A stretch of DNA of 62,693 nt, counting the filler, from Sphacelaria rigidula (Eukaryota), in NCBI GenBank assembly GCA_964200075.2. It is 6 parts of 6 records of this genome, joined end to end, with 100 filler letters (N's around TTAATTAATTAA, not from the genome) between each part and the next. Parts side by side here need not be neighbours in the genome. Positions count along the whole stretch, not along the records: positions 41,865 to 52,229 come from CAXNAA020006645.1; positions 52,330 to 62,693 come from CAXNAA020006646.1; 4 more parts are not named here. The stretch is one strand, 5' to 3'. Position 1 is the first letter of the stretch; every line of letters starts with the position of its first letter. A program made the translations under genes and the position numbers. Positions 46,706-58,195 of this stretch are shown piece after piece. The notes beneath the pieces were generated by a model. The model searched no databases and was not told the DNA's origin. It was given only the letters and a program-made list of their open reading frames with translations.

Positions 46706-49700
46706 ACTGTGTCGACGTTGCGCACTTTGCCTCTTCGTGTGGGCGGGTGTTATATTTGGAAAGGTTCTAACTCAGTTGTTGATTATGCGTATGTAGTTCT
46801 TGTGGGCAAATATATAATCAACGAGAAAGGGACGGGAAGGGAGACAGAGGGAATGGCGTGGAAGGAAAACTATGAGCTGTGAAATGGAGCATCGTACGGA
46901 CTGTATATGCAGCGATAACGCTTCCAGCTACGTGGGTATCGTACTGCACTGACCATGTGATACTTACTGTACATAGGTAACGGTAGAACACGGAATTTAT
47001 GGCGCTGCCGTCAAGAAGACGACACTACGATGAAGGGCGAAACGCGGAGGAGGCAAATCGGGGTCTTCGCTCTACAATATTTTGCCTCCTTTTCACGACA
47101 CGGGGAATGCCATATAACGCTACATCCCGGTCCCCGTCCGTGTTGGTGTGCATATATAAAGGAACCAGCGACACAGCCGTTACTGAATGTGAAGACACGG
47201 CCGTACCGTTCCGACTCCCTCGAATCATGAACATGTACAGTACATGCTGAAGCTCGAGAAATTTGAATTTTGGTAAATCTTGGGGTACGGTCAGTACAGC
47301 ACAGTGATCTTGAGCAACGGAAGTCCTGGACCAGCCTACAGCACACAAGCATTTAGGTGAGTCGACAGCACAAAGTGAGGTCTACTTCTGCTACCACCAC
47401 TCGTAGTGGGTACCAAGGCTGTGCCCCTGAGGCCCTGTTACCGCTCTACGCAAGCAGCATACGGTAGGTCGATTTTTCAAAAATGTCTTGCTCTGAAGGC
47501 CTGACTTGTTTGAATATCTTGCAACTTTTGTTGACGCATCTGACTTTACATCCCTCGACACATTCTCTGGGAAAACGCTACAATTGATCCCACTTCCTAG
47601 ATAAATTCAACCTCAGACTCTAAGTATCAAGAATCGACGTACCGGTACCTTCTCCATGCATTGTAGTGGGTATGTGACCAGTGGAAAGCCGGCCCCAAAC
47701 CAGCCGAGAGGTAGAATGGAACATGGCACAGTTTATCCTACGCGAATGATTTGGAATATGTTTTATAGACATGTGCGATTTTTTCTCGGGGAGGCCAGTC
47801 TTGAGCTTGGCTGGGCACGAAAACACAAAACACGGCGCCCCTTTAGCAGGGTCCGTGAACTCGTATTCACTGTGCACACGAGATTACTGGTAGGTGATAC
47901 TACATTGCAATTGAGTAATCAAGATATTGGTTTATTGTGTATCCCACCCTGATCTTTTGTTCTCGAGCAAAAGGGGGGCGGGCATCCCGAATTTGCAATC
48001 ACAGGAATTGCGCGCTACTGAGCGGACTGCTGTAAGACCTTCCTGCTGGCAGCGCTTCCGAGCGGGGCGGATCTCTTGCAGCTTCGGGGCTGCTGTCGTT
48101 TCCAGTCGTAAAGGCGGGGCTTTTGCGGCATCTGGACGTCTAAAGAGGTGTGCGTGTGTATTCTGAAGTGTGCGCGTGCGTGTGTATGTGTTGGAGGAAG
48201 AGAGAGAAAGATGTCAAGTGCTATCGTACGAGAACAATGTTGCTGGTCAATACTTCAGAATATGAACGGGGCCAAAGCACGGATGGAAAAATGCAAGTGT
48301 TGCTTTATTATCGACTTGAAATTTGTATCGGGCCTCCGTTATCCGGTATCACCTCTGGCTGCGCTTTCTGTCCGCCCTCGCACGGGAGTCTGCTCCCTGA
48401 TACAACAGAGGAATACGACAACAGCGCGGCACTGTGCACCAGCCTACCGTAGCACATCTTATGACTTGGAGCATTTGGTGTATTTTTTTATTGAGCCTTG
48501 TCATGTCAAGTGCGCACGGTAAGCATGCAAAGGCAACCAAGCTCTACCGCTTCCAACCCGACTGTGTTTTTTTTTCTCAGCCGTTCACACGTCCGTGGTG
48601 CCTCGCGCGTACATGCGGCAAATCTGTGTTCGTCGCAACACGTCGCACGGTCAAGGCTACAACGCAGTATTGTTGTAATACCTCCCACACCATAGACCGT
48701 GCACTCTACAACATCGCACCGACAGCAAGGAACGCACGTGCGGCACAGTAATGGATACGGTACCCACAAATGTCGCCGTGCCTACGGGCAAACAGTACCA
48801 ACTAGAAAGTGCACTCCTGCAATAATATACTAGTATGACGCAATGGAGAACACCGCAGCTCCAATTTGTACAGTAGTAGTGACTGTTGTAGTACGTCGTA
48901 CAGTACAGTACTGTTGTACCATGTTTTGAGCACACCTTGACTATTATATTACTCCAGGGTAAATTATACTGCAGTTGCAGAAGAAACCAGCTATTGTAGA
49001 CCTTGCATGCACAACGACCGAGTAGTATTTAGGAGCGCGAAGGTTTGCTATAAAAGCAGCCCGTGGTGTTGTTACGATCTGTTCGCACCGCCATCAGCGG
49101 CAGTGCAAAAACACTACACAATCTGCTGGACACAAAGTAAATACGCCGTCTGTGTCACGTATGTTTTTACAGTTCAGCACCCTTTCTTAGCGGACATGCT
49201 CCATTTTTGTTGGTGTGTGCACACAGATGTTATAGGGGTACCAACGGTTCGTTACGAAGTATAACACCCCTGGTGGTATACGATTTGACTCCATCCTTTC
49301 GGCAAGACTAGGCCCGACTCTACCGTCTGCTCCCGATATACGCCAATCATTGAGAGATCTCGACAAAATTTGTCTCAGGAGTCACAAAGTTCGGTAATTT
49401 GGCTGCCTCACTTTTCAGAAAACACTGGTTGAAGAATCTCACATTCCCCCCACCGATGGGTGTTCGTGCTTCATCACGTACCTTATGTGCAGTTGTGTTT
49501 AGTCACTGTACTGTGCTATACTGTACTGTCATTTACTGTGCAAACATGCAAGGATTTGCACCCCCACCCGTAACTAGTAGCCGAGTTTTGAAGCTCTTTT
49601 ACTGCCTCCCGTAATACAAGACGGCGGCAACAAGCATTACATCACTGATTTAACGATTCGCGCACTAGAGCTCAAGTGCAAGCAAGCGCAACGGAAGAAG

Positions 49701-49829
49701 ATTACACCAACTGTTGTACGATCTAGTTCCGACAATCAAGTGCTCACCGCGTGCCTTCACATGTCCTTTTTTGCCATCGCCGTCGTTCTGTTTTGAACAT
49801 TTTCTTGGAACATGACCGCAACAACATAG

Positions 49830-50318
49830 ATGGATCCCGTGATGAACCAAAACAACGCCTCGGGGTCAAATGAAGACCAAGCAGTAGCAGCAGCAGCAGC
49901 CTCCGCCGCAGCAGTATCAGCACACCACATCGACGATGGCGAGGAGGAGGAAGAAGACGATGATGACCAAGATGATGAACAACAGGAAAACACGCCGCCC
50001 CTGCCGCTATCCAGGGTCTACATGGTTGACGACGGAGGCAACGGTGAGGAAGTTTTGACACATGACATGGGTGATGACCACGGGAGTGGGGGCGAGGCCG
50101 AAGGAGAAGAGCACGAAGAGGATGAAGGGGAAGAAGTAGATGAAGGAGGAGGGGGAGAAGGAGGAGAAGAGCCAGAGACAGCCGATGTGCCGGTGGAGAC
50201 GGAGGGTGCACTGGTGGGTGACGCGGAGGAAGAGGAAGATGATGACGATGATGGCGAGGCCCTGGTAGACGGAGGCGGAAGAAGACGCGCGACGGCCGGC
50301 GAGGAACGGAAGCGGAAC
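49830..50318 (+). CDS. Acidic (D/E-rich) hypothetical protein, exon
   Basis: catag|ATG GAT...; strongly GAR/GAY-biased ORF; donor AAC|gtgagt at 50319. Confidence 0.78.
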
Positions 50319-50619
50319 GTGAGTACAGTACTGTGGCAGTAGAAGCTATGGTTGCAGTGGGTGTGATGTCTTCCGATGCCTCATTGAAATGAGGGAAGGA
50401 TACCCCCTCCCTTCATTTCATACATGTGTTGAAGGTGTGCAAAAATATTCTGAGTCTAGATGGACTGCACGCATACTTCGTGCATCAAAGGACGAGTTAT
50501 GGAACGGCATCGGAATTTTTGCTGAGTTTGGCATCCGTTCTCAACTTCTGCGGATCAGTCAAGCTTCCTAAATCTGAATAAGATTGTGTCATTTTTTTGT
50601 TGTCAGTCACTTGAAGCCG

Positions 50620-50870
50620 GTCGCCACAGTGGCTCAGTTGGTAACCTCGATACCCTCTGACGGTGTAGACGTGGATTCGAATCTCGGTGAAGTCACACGA
50701 TCTGGGATTTTTCCCTCACGTCATGCCAAACAAACGAGAGCGACTATGTCGTGACTACACGAAGTTCGACTTCACGGTCGACGAGGGAAAAGGAGTACTG
50801 AACGCTTCTCGCGATAAAGAGGCAAGCACCGCAAAAGGAAGGTGGAGTCCTAATACGAAAGTAAAAGTAA
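50620..50870 (+). mobile_element. tRNA-derived SINE-like element (intronic)
   Basis: A box tggctcagttgg and B box ggattcgaatct at tRNA-like spacing, no complete cloverleaf, ending in aaagtaaaagtaa. Confidence 0.55.
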
Positions 50871-51895
50871 TACACTCCACTGTCGATCTTCCTCCTGTGT
50901 GACTGCGGTTGATGCGTGCACAAATACTAGAAGTTGCAGACTGGCTTCCAGAATAGATGGGACGACAACACACAAACACACACATTCACTCCAGAGGTCG
51001 GATCTTGACCGTTTCTTTGTGAGAGCGTATAGAAGCTTGGACGGAGAGAAAAAAGAGAAGATGAGACAACTGAGTTTTACTTATCGTATATCCATCACTT
51101 TTTTATTTCCATGTTGTTGCCGTCCTGTGCCGGTTGAAGAAAGGTGTACCCGAAACACGTTTTCTCGTCTCCAACAGATACACCGTCCGGTCTTGAAGGG
51201 GCGCCGTCATTTGTTGTCGAGATAAAATGACGCCCGTGCTTTCAAAAGATGTTTGGCGGTATTAATAAGTAAATCTGCCCAAGGTCCCGTTGATTGATGT
51301 TCAGGAGTGCGCCACTTGAACACGGACTCGGATAATTTGGAAGTGTAGACGGGTGAATTTTCTTCTTCGGCGTGTGCGCCATATGTACGAGCCACCGCTG
51401 ATGAGGGTGTGTTCCCTCACAATACTCAGGGCGTTACAGAGAGTGAGTACGAGGAATGACGGACGTCTTCGGTCTTCCAGTAGGAAGGCCTACGCTTCGT
51501 TGCCTTCCTTGCCCTCCCTTCACCTCGTAGAACCCCGTAACCCCCCATATTTCTTTACACTATGACGACAGCAGATATCCTATGTGATGCGCAAGATTAT
51601 GACACGTGATATGTACTGGGACTTGAATCTCGGTTTTTCGTTGTTGGAAATTATTCGCCAAACTGTCGTCGTGATCAAGGGCTTCGCGTGAGTGCGTAAA
51701 ATAGGTGAGCAAATAGTGAACTAACGAACCACCTCCCTCCATCTCTCACGGCTCACCCCGCGTTGAATGCGGTTCTGTCGATTGTACTCTGTTTTCGGCG
51801 GGTACACGGCATGATATTATCCGGTCCGGTCCGGTCCCATTTGGGTCGGTTTCGTTGTTTCTCATCTCTCTTCACCTTGCGGTGGTGAACAGCAG

Positions 51896-52229
51896 GAGAC
51901 CGTGAGCGGTGCCGTGGGGCGAGGGGGCGAGGATTTAGTGGGGGATGACGTGCAAGATGTTTCGGATGATGGTGTTGAAGATGAAGAAGGATACTTGGAT
52001 GGTGACGCGGAGAATAATCCTGCAGAAATTGAGGAGGGGGAGGAAGAAGGGGAGGCGGTGATAGAGGACGATGATGCTATGAACACGTCTAACGATCAGT
52101 CGGCGAGCACTAACGACCAGCAATCTCTGCAGAACGATGAAGAGGGGACAGTCGGAGAAGAAGAGGGAGAGGAGGCTGCGGGCGAGGAACTAGGGGAGGA
52201 ATTGGCGGAAGATGATCCGGAAGATCCGA
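51896..52229 (+). CDS. Acidic hypothetical protein, next exon, truncated by the scaffold end
   Basis: Tandem acceptor aacagcag|GAG, phase 0 compatible with 50318; D/E-rich ORF. Confidence 0.75.
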
Positions 52230-52329
52230 NNNNNNNNNNNNNNNNNNNNNNNNNNNNNNNNNNNNNNNNNNNNTTAATTAATTAANNNNNNNNNNNNNNN
52301 NNNNNNNNNNNNNNNNNNNNNNNNNNNNN
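52230..52329. other. Artificial scaffold linker
   Basis: N44-TTAATTAATTAA-N44. Confidence 0.98.
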
Positions 52330-52479
52330 AGTCACTTACCACCTTAAGAGGGAGAAGTACCACCTCAAACTGTACTGTACACCCCCAAGATGCAAGACCG
52401 TCACTAAAATATCGAAACCCTTCGCAACTCGTGAGGAATGATGCACAAACAAAACTGCCAGATTATGCGCAAAAACAAA

Positions 52480-52555
52480 ATGATCGTGTCGGGATTTGAA
52501 CCCGTGACCTCTGTTATGAGAGACGGTACTACCAGTTTGACTACCGGGTGCCAGG
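52480..52555 (-). pseudogene. tRNA-Met(CAT)-like pseudogene or SINE head
   Basis: Reverse complement ggtagtcaaactggtag..ctctCATaacagaggtcacgggttcaaatccc shows an A box, a CAT anticodon-like loop and a B box; acceptor stem poor. Confidence 0.5.
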
Positions 52556-52564
52556 CAAAAAAGT

Positions 52565-52815
52565 GGATACTGTGGGTAATTCCAAGAGTTGGGCGCTGAA
52601 TTTTTGACACAACATGTTTATTATCACTGTGCATCCATATTTTTGGTTTGACGGTGTTAATAGCATTTTTCTAGTTTTTACAGACTCTTCAAATCGCTCT
52701 AACTTCCTGTTTTGTTTTTTCGAATGCACCTCGAGAAATGGTGTGCGTAGTGATGATACACATGTTGTGTCAAAATTTCAGTGCCTAACTCTTCAAATTC
52801 CCCACAGCATCGCCA
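52565..52815. repeat. ~70-bp imperfect inverted repeat pair (MITE-like); related arm at ~57085-57150
   Basis: aagagttgggcgctgaatttttgacacaacatgt vs acatgttgtgtcaaaatttcagtgcctaactctt. Confidence 0.7.
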
Positions 52816-53749
52816 AAATAAAAAAAAATTCAAATCACTGTCAGCTGGCCCAGCCGGTACCCATTTTTTGTGAATTGTATCCCGCCAAAAGGCCAAAACC
52901 CAACGACCGAGAAAATAGATCCGACGATTAATCCAGGACGCGAATGCTTGTGTGCTGGAGCTCACGAAGATCCAACAAACTTGTGTACTGCCGGTCGGGC
53001 CTGTGTTCGTGGGCTTTTATTTCAGTAGAGTGGCAGCATCAGGTGCAGCTGCAGTATACAAAGACAGAGCGGAAGAAGATGCACAAGCAGTTGAGACGAT
53101 GAGGCATGCGTGCAAGATCAAAACATGCTCGAGGGGTGCCAGTCTTGCCCGGTCACGCTGACTGTTTCATACCGTTGTATTCAGCCGCTGATAGGAAAAC
53201 GTTCGCATCATACGAAGTATATGTACGGCGGAGGAGCAGCAATACAGACGGTGTAAGGAGGGGGGAGACTGTTGAGAAGATGTGACATGCGTGATTGATT
53301 AACAAACGCTCAAGGTGAGGCAGCCCTGCACTGACAGTACCAGGACTGCTGCGAAAGCATGGATGATAGCACAGGATGTATGTTGGTTACATATTTCGCG
53401 TCAGTGGCGACTGCCCGCGTACCCCGCTCGCAAGCCATGAGAAGCATGTAACCACGAAAACTGAAAACTTCTCAGCGACGAGGTACACAGTAACTCCGCA
53501 TGTACTCTACTGCGAGCTCAAAACCGGTCAGGGGCCTTCCGTGACTATTTTCCATGTAGATATGCCCAACGTCCACATATTCTTGGACAAGGGGACTTTG
53601 TCTAGTGAGGGAACAGCTGTTGAACCCTGAGGGGGGTCGGAGTCAAACGGTTATGAACTCGTATCGTCACTCGGTTGAAGGGCTCTTTGAAGAACGTCCC
53701 ACGAAGTGTTTTCATATCAATTAATGCTAAGTCTGACCCCAACCACAGG

Positions 53750-53895
53750 TAAACCGGGAACCCTTGGGCAAGGAGAGTGCAGAGAGTGCTCATATTGTGC
53801 GTTGGCAGACTTCGAATTGGGCGCTGCAGCGCCGAGTTGGACAGGAACGCGCTCTGCACACGCTACGGTAGGAGCACTTGGGACTGTCAGGCCCA
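53750..53895. repeat. Dispersed repeat shared with 17335-17475
   Basis: See 17335-17475. Confidence 0.6.
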
Positions 53896-55688
53896 CTAGA
53901 GATCCGAAGGTCAGTGTACACACACAAATCAAGGAATGATATTGCGTGAAAGTTTCATCCGATCGAATAAATAGTGTGAAATCTCACACCCTGGACAAGA
54001 AACAGTAGGAGACAGTATACTCTGTAGAGTTTCAAATCTTTTGCTTATTGCGAAGTGTCTACAAAATGCATCTGCATGACCCAATCGAGTATTGTATACC
54101 TTGCACCCGTGCCATCCACTGCCAAATTTTAATCATTCCGAAAGTCCCAGTGTACAGTTTCGGCGACAGCACCGCCTCCACGCCATCTGTGCCTGATATT
54201 TGGGTGAATATGCGCACGAACTGAAACGAAGACAAGACCGCGTGTGACAACGCGTGAAACGCACATGTTTCACTTTCTAACGAGCGATATGAAGGACACG
54301 ATATCGACGCGGGGGCAGCGGCCATCCTAGTTGTTCAGGTTGTACCACGTATCGGTTGACGCTACTCTTGCAGAAACGCAGATTACTACCACCAGTTAAG
54401 CTTCGCCATATCCTGGAGACTGCTGGCCTTAGGTTTCTTACCCCGTCTCGCGCCAGATGTGGCCGTACAGCCGAGTCGAAGAGAACAATATCCTATGCCA
54501 AGGACCATCGTGGAGCCGTTCGGGAAGGGGACAGCGTACTCTTACAGACGATACAAGGACTTGCGTGGGCAACATCACGACAGACTGACCACTACGTTGG
54601 CGGTTGCTGGTGTCTTGTAGTCCGGAATATCTGAATCAAGCTGCGAAGTTTGCTGGGCGGGCTCCGCAAGTGAATGTCTGGAGTGTTTTCCGACATGCAC
54701 CTGATCGTCCTTTTTGCCGAGTTTTCCCCGTTTTATTTGCTCTCAACGTGGGATCGAGAGTACTCGTCAGTTTCACGGATTGATAGCTGGAATTCCAGCC
54801 CTGCCGAGGTGCGATTCACGTCGTACAGTCAGTCCAGCCCTGCCGGCTCGTAGTACACCGTGCCAATTCCGTCAAACTTGCGCGTGGGATGGTACATTTC
54901 TCGTGTATCAAGCGCTTCCTCCGTCCATCTTAACATGCATCCCTTGCCATCCGAGCACCGCAGCCACCGGTCTTGTCTGTAGCTCCAGCTTCCCGTGCTG
55001 ATGTGGCCCCCGCTCTTCCGAGGACGCGTGTCCCTCTCACCTCAGCATATTTTCACGCTGGGAAGTATAACCGTTCCATATGGAACCCGCACCTTAGATG
55101 AGTAAAAGGCCCTCAACGATCTCGTTGAAAAAGATGTCTGTAGAGTACAGAGGTAGTAAGGTGCACCGCACCGCACCGCACCGCAAACTTTTCATATGCC
55201 CATCTGTATCTATTCCTTCACCGACAGACGTATCTCCCAGCTCAATGTCACGGCAGCAACCATGTGTCTTGGGGGTTGATGGCAAAACGTGAGCGTACGG
55301 TACGGTACACTTGAGTGTATGTGCGGCAGATGTACCATCGGAGGCCAAGTGCACACCGGCTTTGGAGCAGTAGTTTTGGCCTTTGCCCCCGATGACGCTG
55401 CTACCAGCGGCACGGGTGGAAGCCTTTGTCATTGCTGTGAGTTGCAGTCGTCGAGCACCCTCGGTTAATCCCATCTCTCAGCTGCTTGTCAGTGTTGGTA
55501 CATTGACCTTTTTTAGTATCTGCGGAGGGGAGGCCCGCTTTGCGAGAGTTCCCGCAGTTTGTCTTCATCTGAAAATCAAAAGTCACTGTAGATAGCCCAT
55601 CAAGTTTTGAAATGTTTTGTGAACGGACACCAAGTGAGATACTCCCCGAAAGAACCCGAATCCCGATACCGCATCGGTGTCGTGTTTG

Positions 55689-55831
55689 CACACCCTGGAT
55701 AATGACAACACATTACATCGTCGAAAAGTGTACTGTGTATAGTATTTAATCTATTTCCTATCGCAGGAGACGCAACAGTTGATGCTGTACGCAGAACACG
55801 TTCTGACTCATAATCCTTTGTCCAGGGTATA
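55689..55831. mobile_element. Degenerate MITE of the CACACCCTGGA family
   Basis: cacaccctgga ... tccagggtat ends; internal gaaaagtgtactg and ctgtacgcag shared with 40158-40300. Confidence 0.6.
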
Positions 55832-57579
55832 CTTGTTTGCCGCTGTGTGCTGATACTTGATGATCATATGAGGCATGTTCTCCACGAGGCACGCTGTTCC
55901 TGTATAAACTCAAAATATACCGCCCGTTTGTGGTCACTGGCCGACATATTGATCCACCTTCTGCTTACATGCTTGGTCTAGCACCACCGGCAGATCGGAA
56001 AAAACACAATGTGAACCCTACCTTCATGTACTATCAACACGGCGTGGGGCCCAAAAGGTTTAGATGAATGTTGACCCCTTCATCACCCGCGAACCACTAA
56101 CTAGCAGTGTTGCATCTACCATTAGTTTGTTGGGTATAGAGTTTTCACCGCCGCCGTGGTTTCCAACGTTCACTCCTCTATGCCTTTTGATGGTTGATAC
56201 CACCTACCGCGGTATCCAACCACCACGATAATGCACGGTAAGATCTTGATGGTAACTCGAACGTAAGCTTACCCTGCTGAACACGGGGTCTCTCGCGGCC
56301 GAAAGTAGAAAGACGACAAACTGAATCCAGAGCTACACCCAGTAATACCGAGCACTTGTTCAGTGACCAGGAACCGTGGAAGACACGGCCATTCTGTTCC
56401 AGAGATGAGATTGAAGTGCTCACGTCCAGTTGCGTGTGTTTTCTCGTGGTGCGTATTATAGTGCATCCATGCTTCAGCACGCGCATGTCCATCTACTAAA
56501 AAGCTTTACAGTCCTAAAACTGGAGAAAACGTCATCCAGGAAGATGAAAAAAAAAAAAAGATTGAAGGAAGAAGCGCAAGTGGTCTGGCAGGCATTGAAA
56601 GTTTGGCCTGTTCACCCGAGATTGCGGACGTTTACCGCTGTTCCACTGAGGTAACGTGATGTCGACTGTCTTCGGCAATCCATTCATTGCTTTCGTGTAC
56701 AGCAGTTCGGCGAAATGTATTTGCGCGGTGAATTTAAGATGGTGATGAGAAACTAAGGGACTAGTTGTGTTTGTGCGGGTATTGTCTGGACGGGAACGGG
56801 AGCATATGGATTTCTTGATAATTGTTTGGATTGCAACAGGAGCACGTCGTTTGCTCAGTGACGGTTCGGATGGAAGTGGTATTTCCAGGCCGTTATTGTG
56901 ACCTTCAATTTCCCAATTTCTCCAGCATGTCGGTGACGCGGGTGCCCGTCTGTGTTGGAGCATTGTCGTCGTCTGAATCAATTTTTATGCAGATCATCGC
57001 ATTTTTCCTGTTTTTGCTGAAACTTCAGCTCGCTCTAAGATCCTGTGTTTTTCTCCTCTGCACCCCCAATAGGGTTTCACGGGTTGGTGATGAAGACGTA
57101 TCAAAATTTCAGCGCCGAACTCTTCGAATTAGCAATGGCATCTCCACTATTCCTTTCAAAATCATCGTCAGCTGTCCCAACTCGTATGCGCACACGACCC
57201 CGATTTCTTCTGGGGGAACTGCAACCCGCAGCGAACGCAGTCGATTCTGCAAAAGATTGAAATGCACGACATATACGAAGGGAAGAATGAACAGTGTTCA
57301 TAGCTGAGTTCGTTAGACTACAGTCGATGCGGTGCGGGAGTGTTTGGTCATAATCCAATCCGTGATACGGAAATGTAAGGCAAGTACCGAAATAGAGAGA
57401 GGAATGGGTTGATCTCTCGAGAACACGGATTCGTCCCTAGGAAGGAAAGGAGGTGGGAGCTGGGATACCGAAATCGTAGTTGACGCTTTCAATCAAAATG
57501 AAATGGCGTGGGACGAGAGAGGGCGAAGTGTGTCGCTGCTCTGGTGTACGCCCTCTCCTCCCCCCGTGGGATAACAGAT

Positions 57580-57840
57580 ATGATGAAAGAAGGAAAAAAA
57601 AAGAAGCGCTCAGATGCAAAGTAGACGAGAAAAAACACCTGGGTATATATACGGGGGGTTGAGGGAGGGGAAAGGAATGGAAGCATATTTGCATGGACCG
57701 ATGGACGCTGCGAAAAATATGAAATTGCGATTTCGGGTGGGGGACCTGGACCTGCCAGAAAGAAGAAAAGTATATACCAGTCATCGAAAGGAGGACGAAG
57801 TAGATGGGCAGAATTGCCCCTGTGGAAAAGCATGGAGAGC
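57580..57840 (+). mobile_element. LINE ORF2 C-terminal fragment (frameshifted)
   Basis: EALRCKVDEKKHLGIY / GGLREGKGMEAYLHGPMDAAKNMKLRFRVGDLDLPERRKVYTS..NCPCGKA; the segment that precedes the HIVxECE..LGDRWW region seen at 36277. Confidence 0.8.
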
Positions 57841-57901
57841 AGGAGGGTATGCGTGGTCAATGGTCAAACGAGTAAGGCACGCAGAAAAAAATTACCCCCC
57901 A

Positions 57902-58004
57902 CCTGGTCCGGCGAAAACCCGGCGTGCTCCGTCCCGGCTTTGTAGGGATGCGAGGTCAATGGTCTTATGACTATGGCAGGCATGATCATGAGTAACCCCC
58001 CCCC
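57902..58004 (+). repeat. Repeat R1 3' portion with C-tail
   Basis: cctggtccggcgaaaacccggcgtgctccgtcccggctttgtagggatgcgaggtcaatgg...catgagtaaccccc. Confidence 0.85.
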
Positions 58005-58195
58005 ACCCCTTCCCCCCCTCCCGTGCTGCGACCAACTCCATGGTGTTGCGAGAGGCTGCTGCTGTCGTGATTAATTGCTTTTCACCCCAACAAGGAAACG
58101 CATACATTCTCCAAATCATTCGCGTTCGAGAGCATTTGAGGATTTTTCTGATGGTTACTAGTACATTTTAGAGGCACTTTATACTCTTTCTCAGC

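Noticed and set aside
50620..50695. Functional tRNA gene
   Set aside because: A and B boxes are present but the acceptor and anticodon stems do not pair; better explained as a SINE head.
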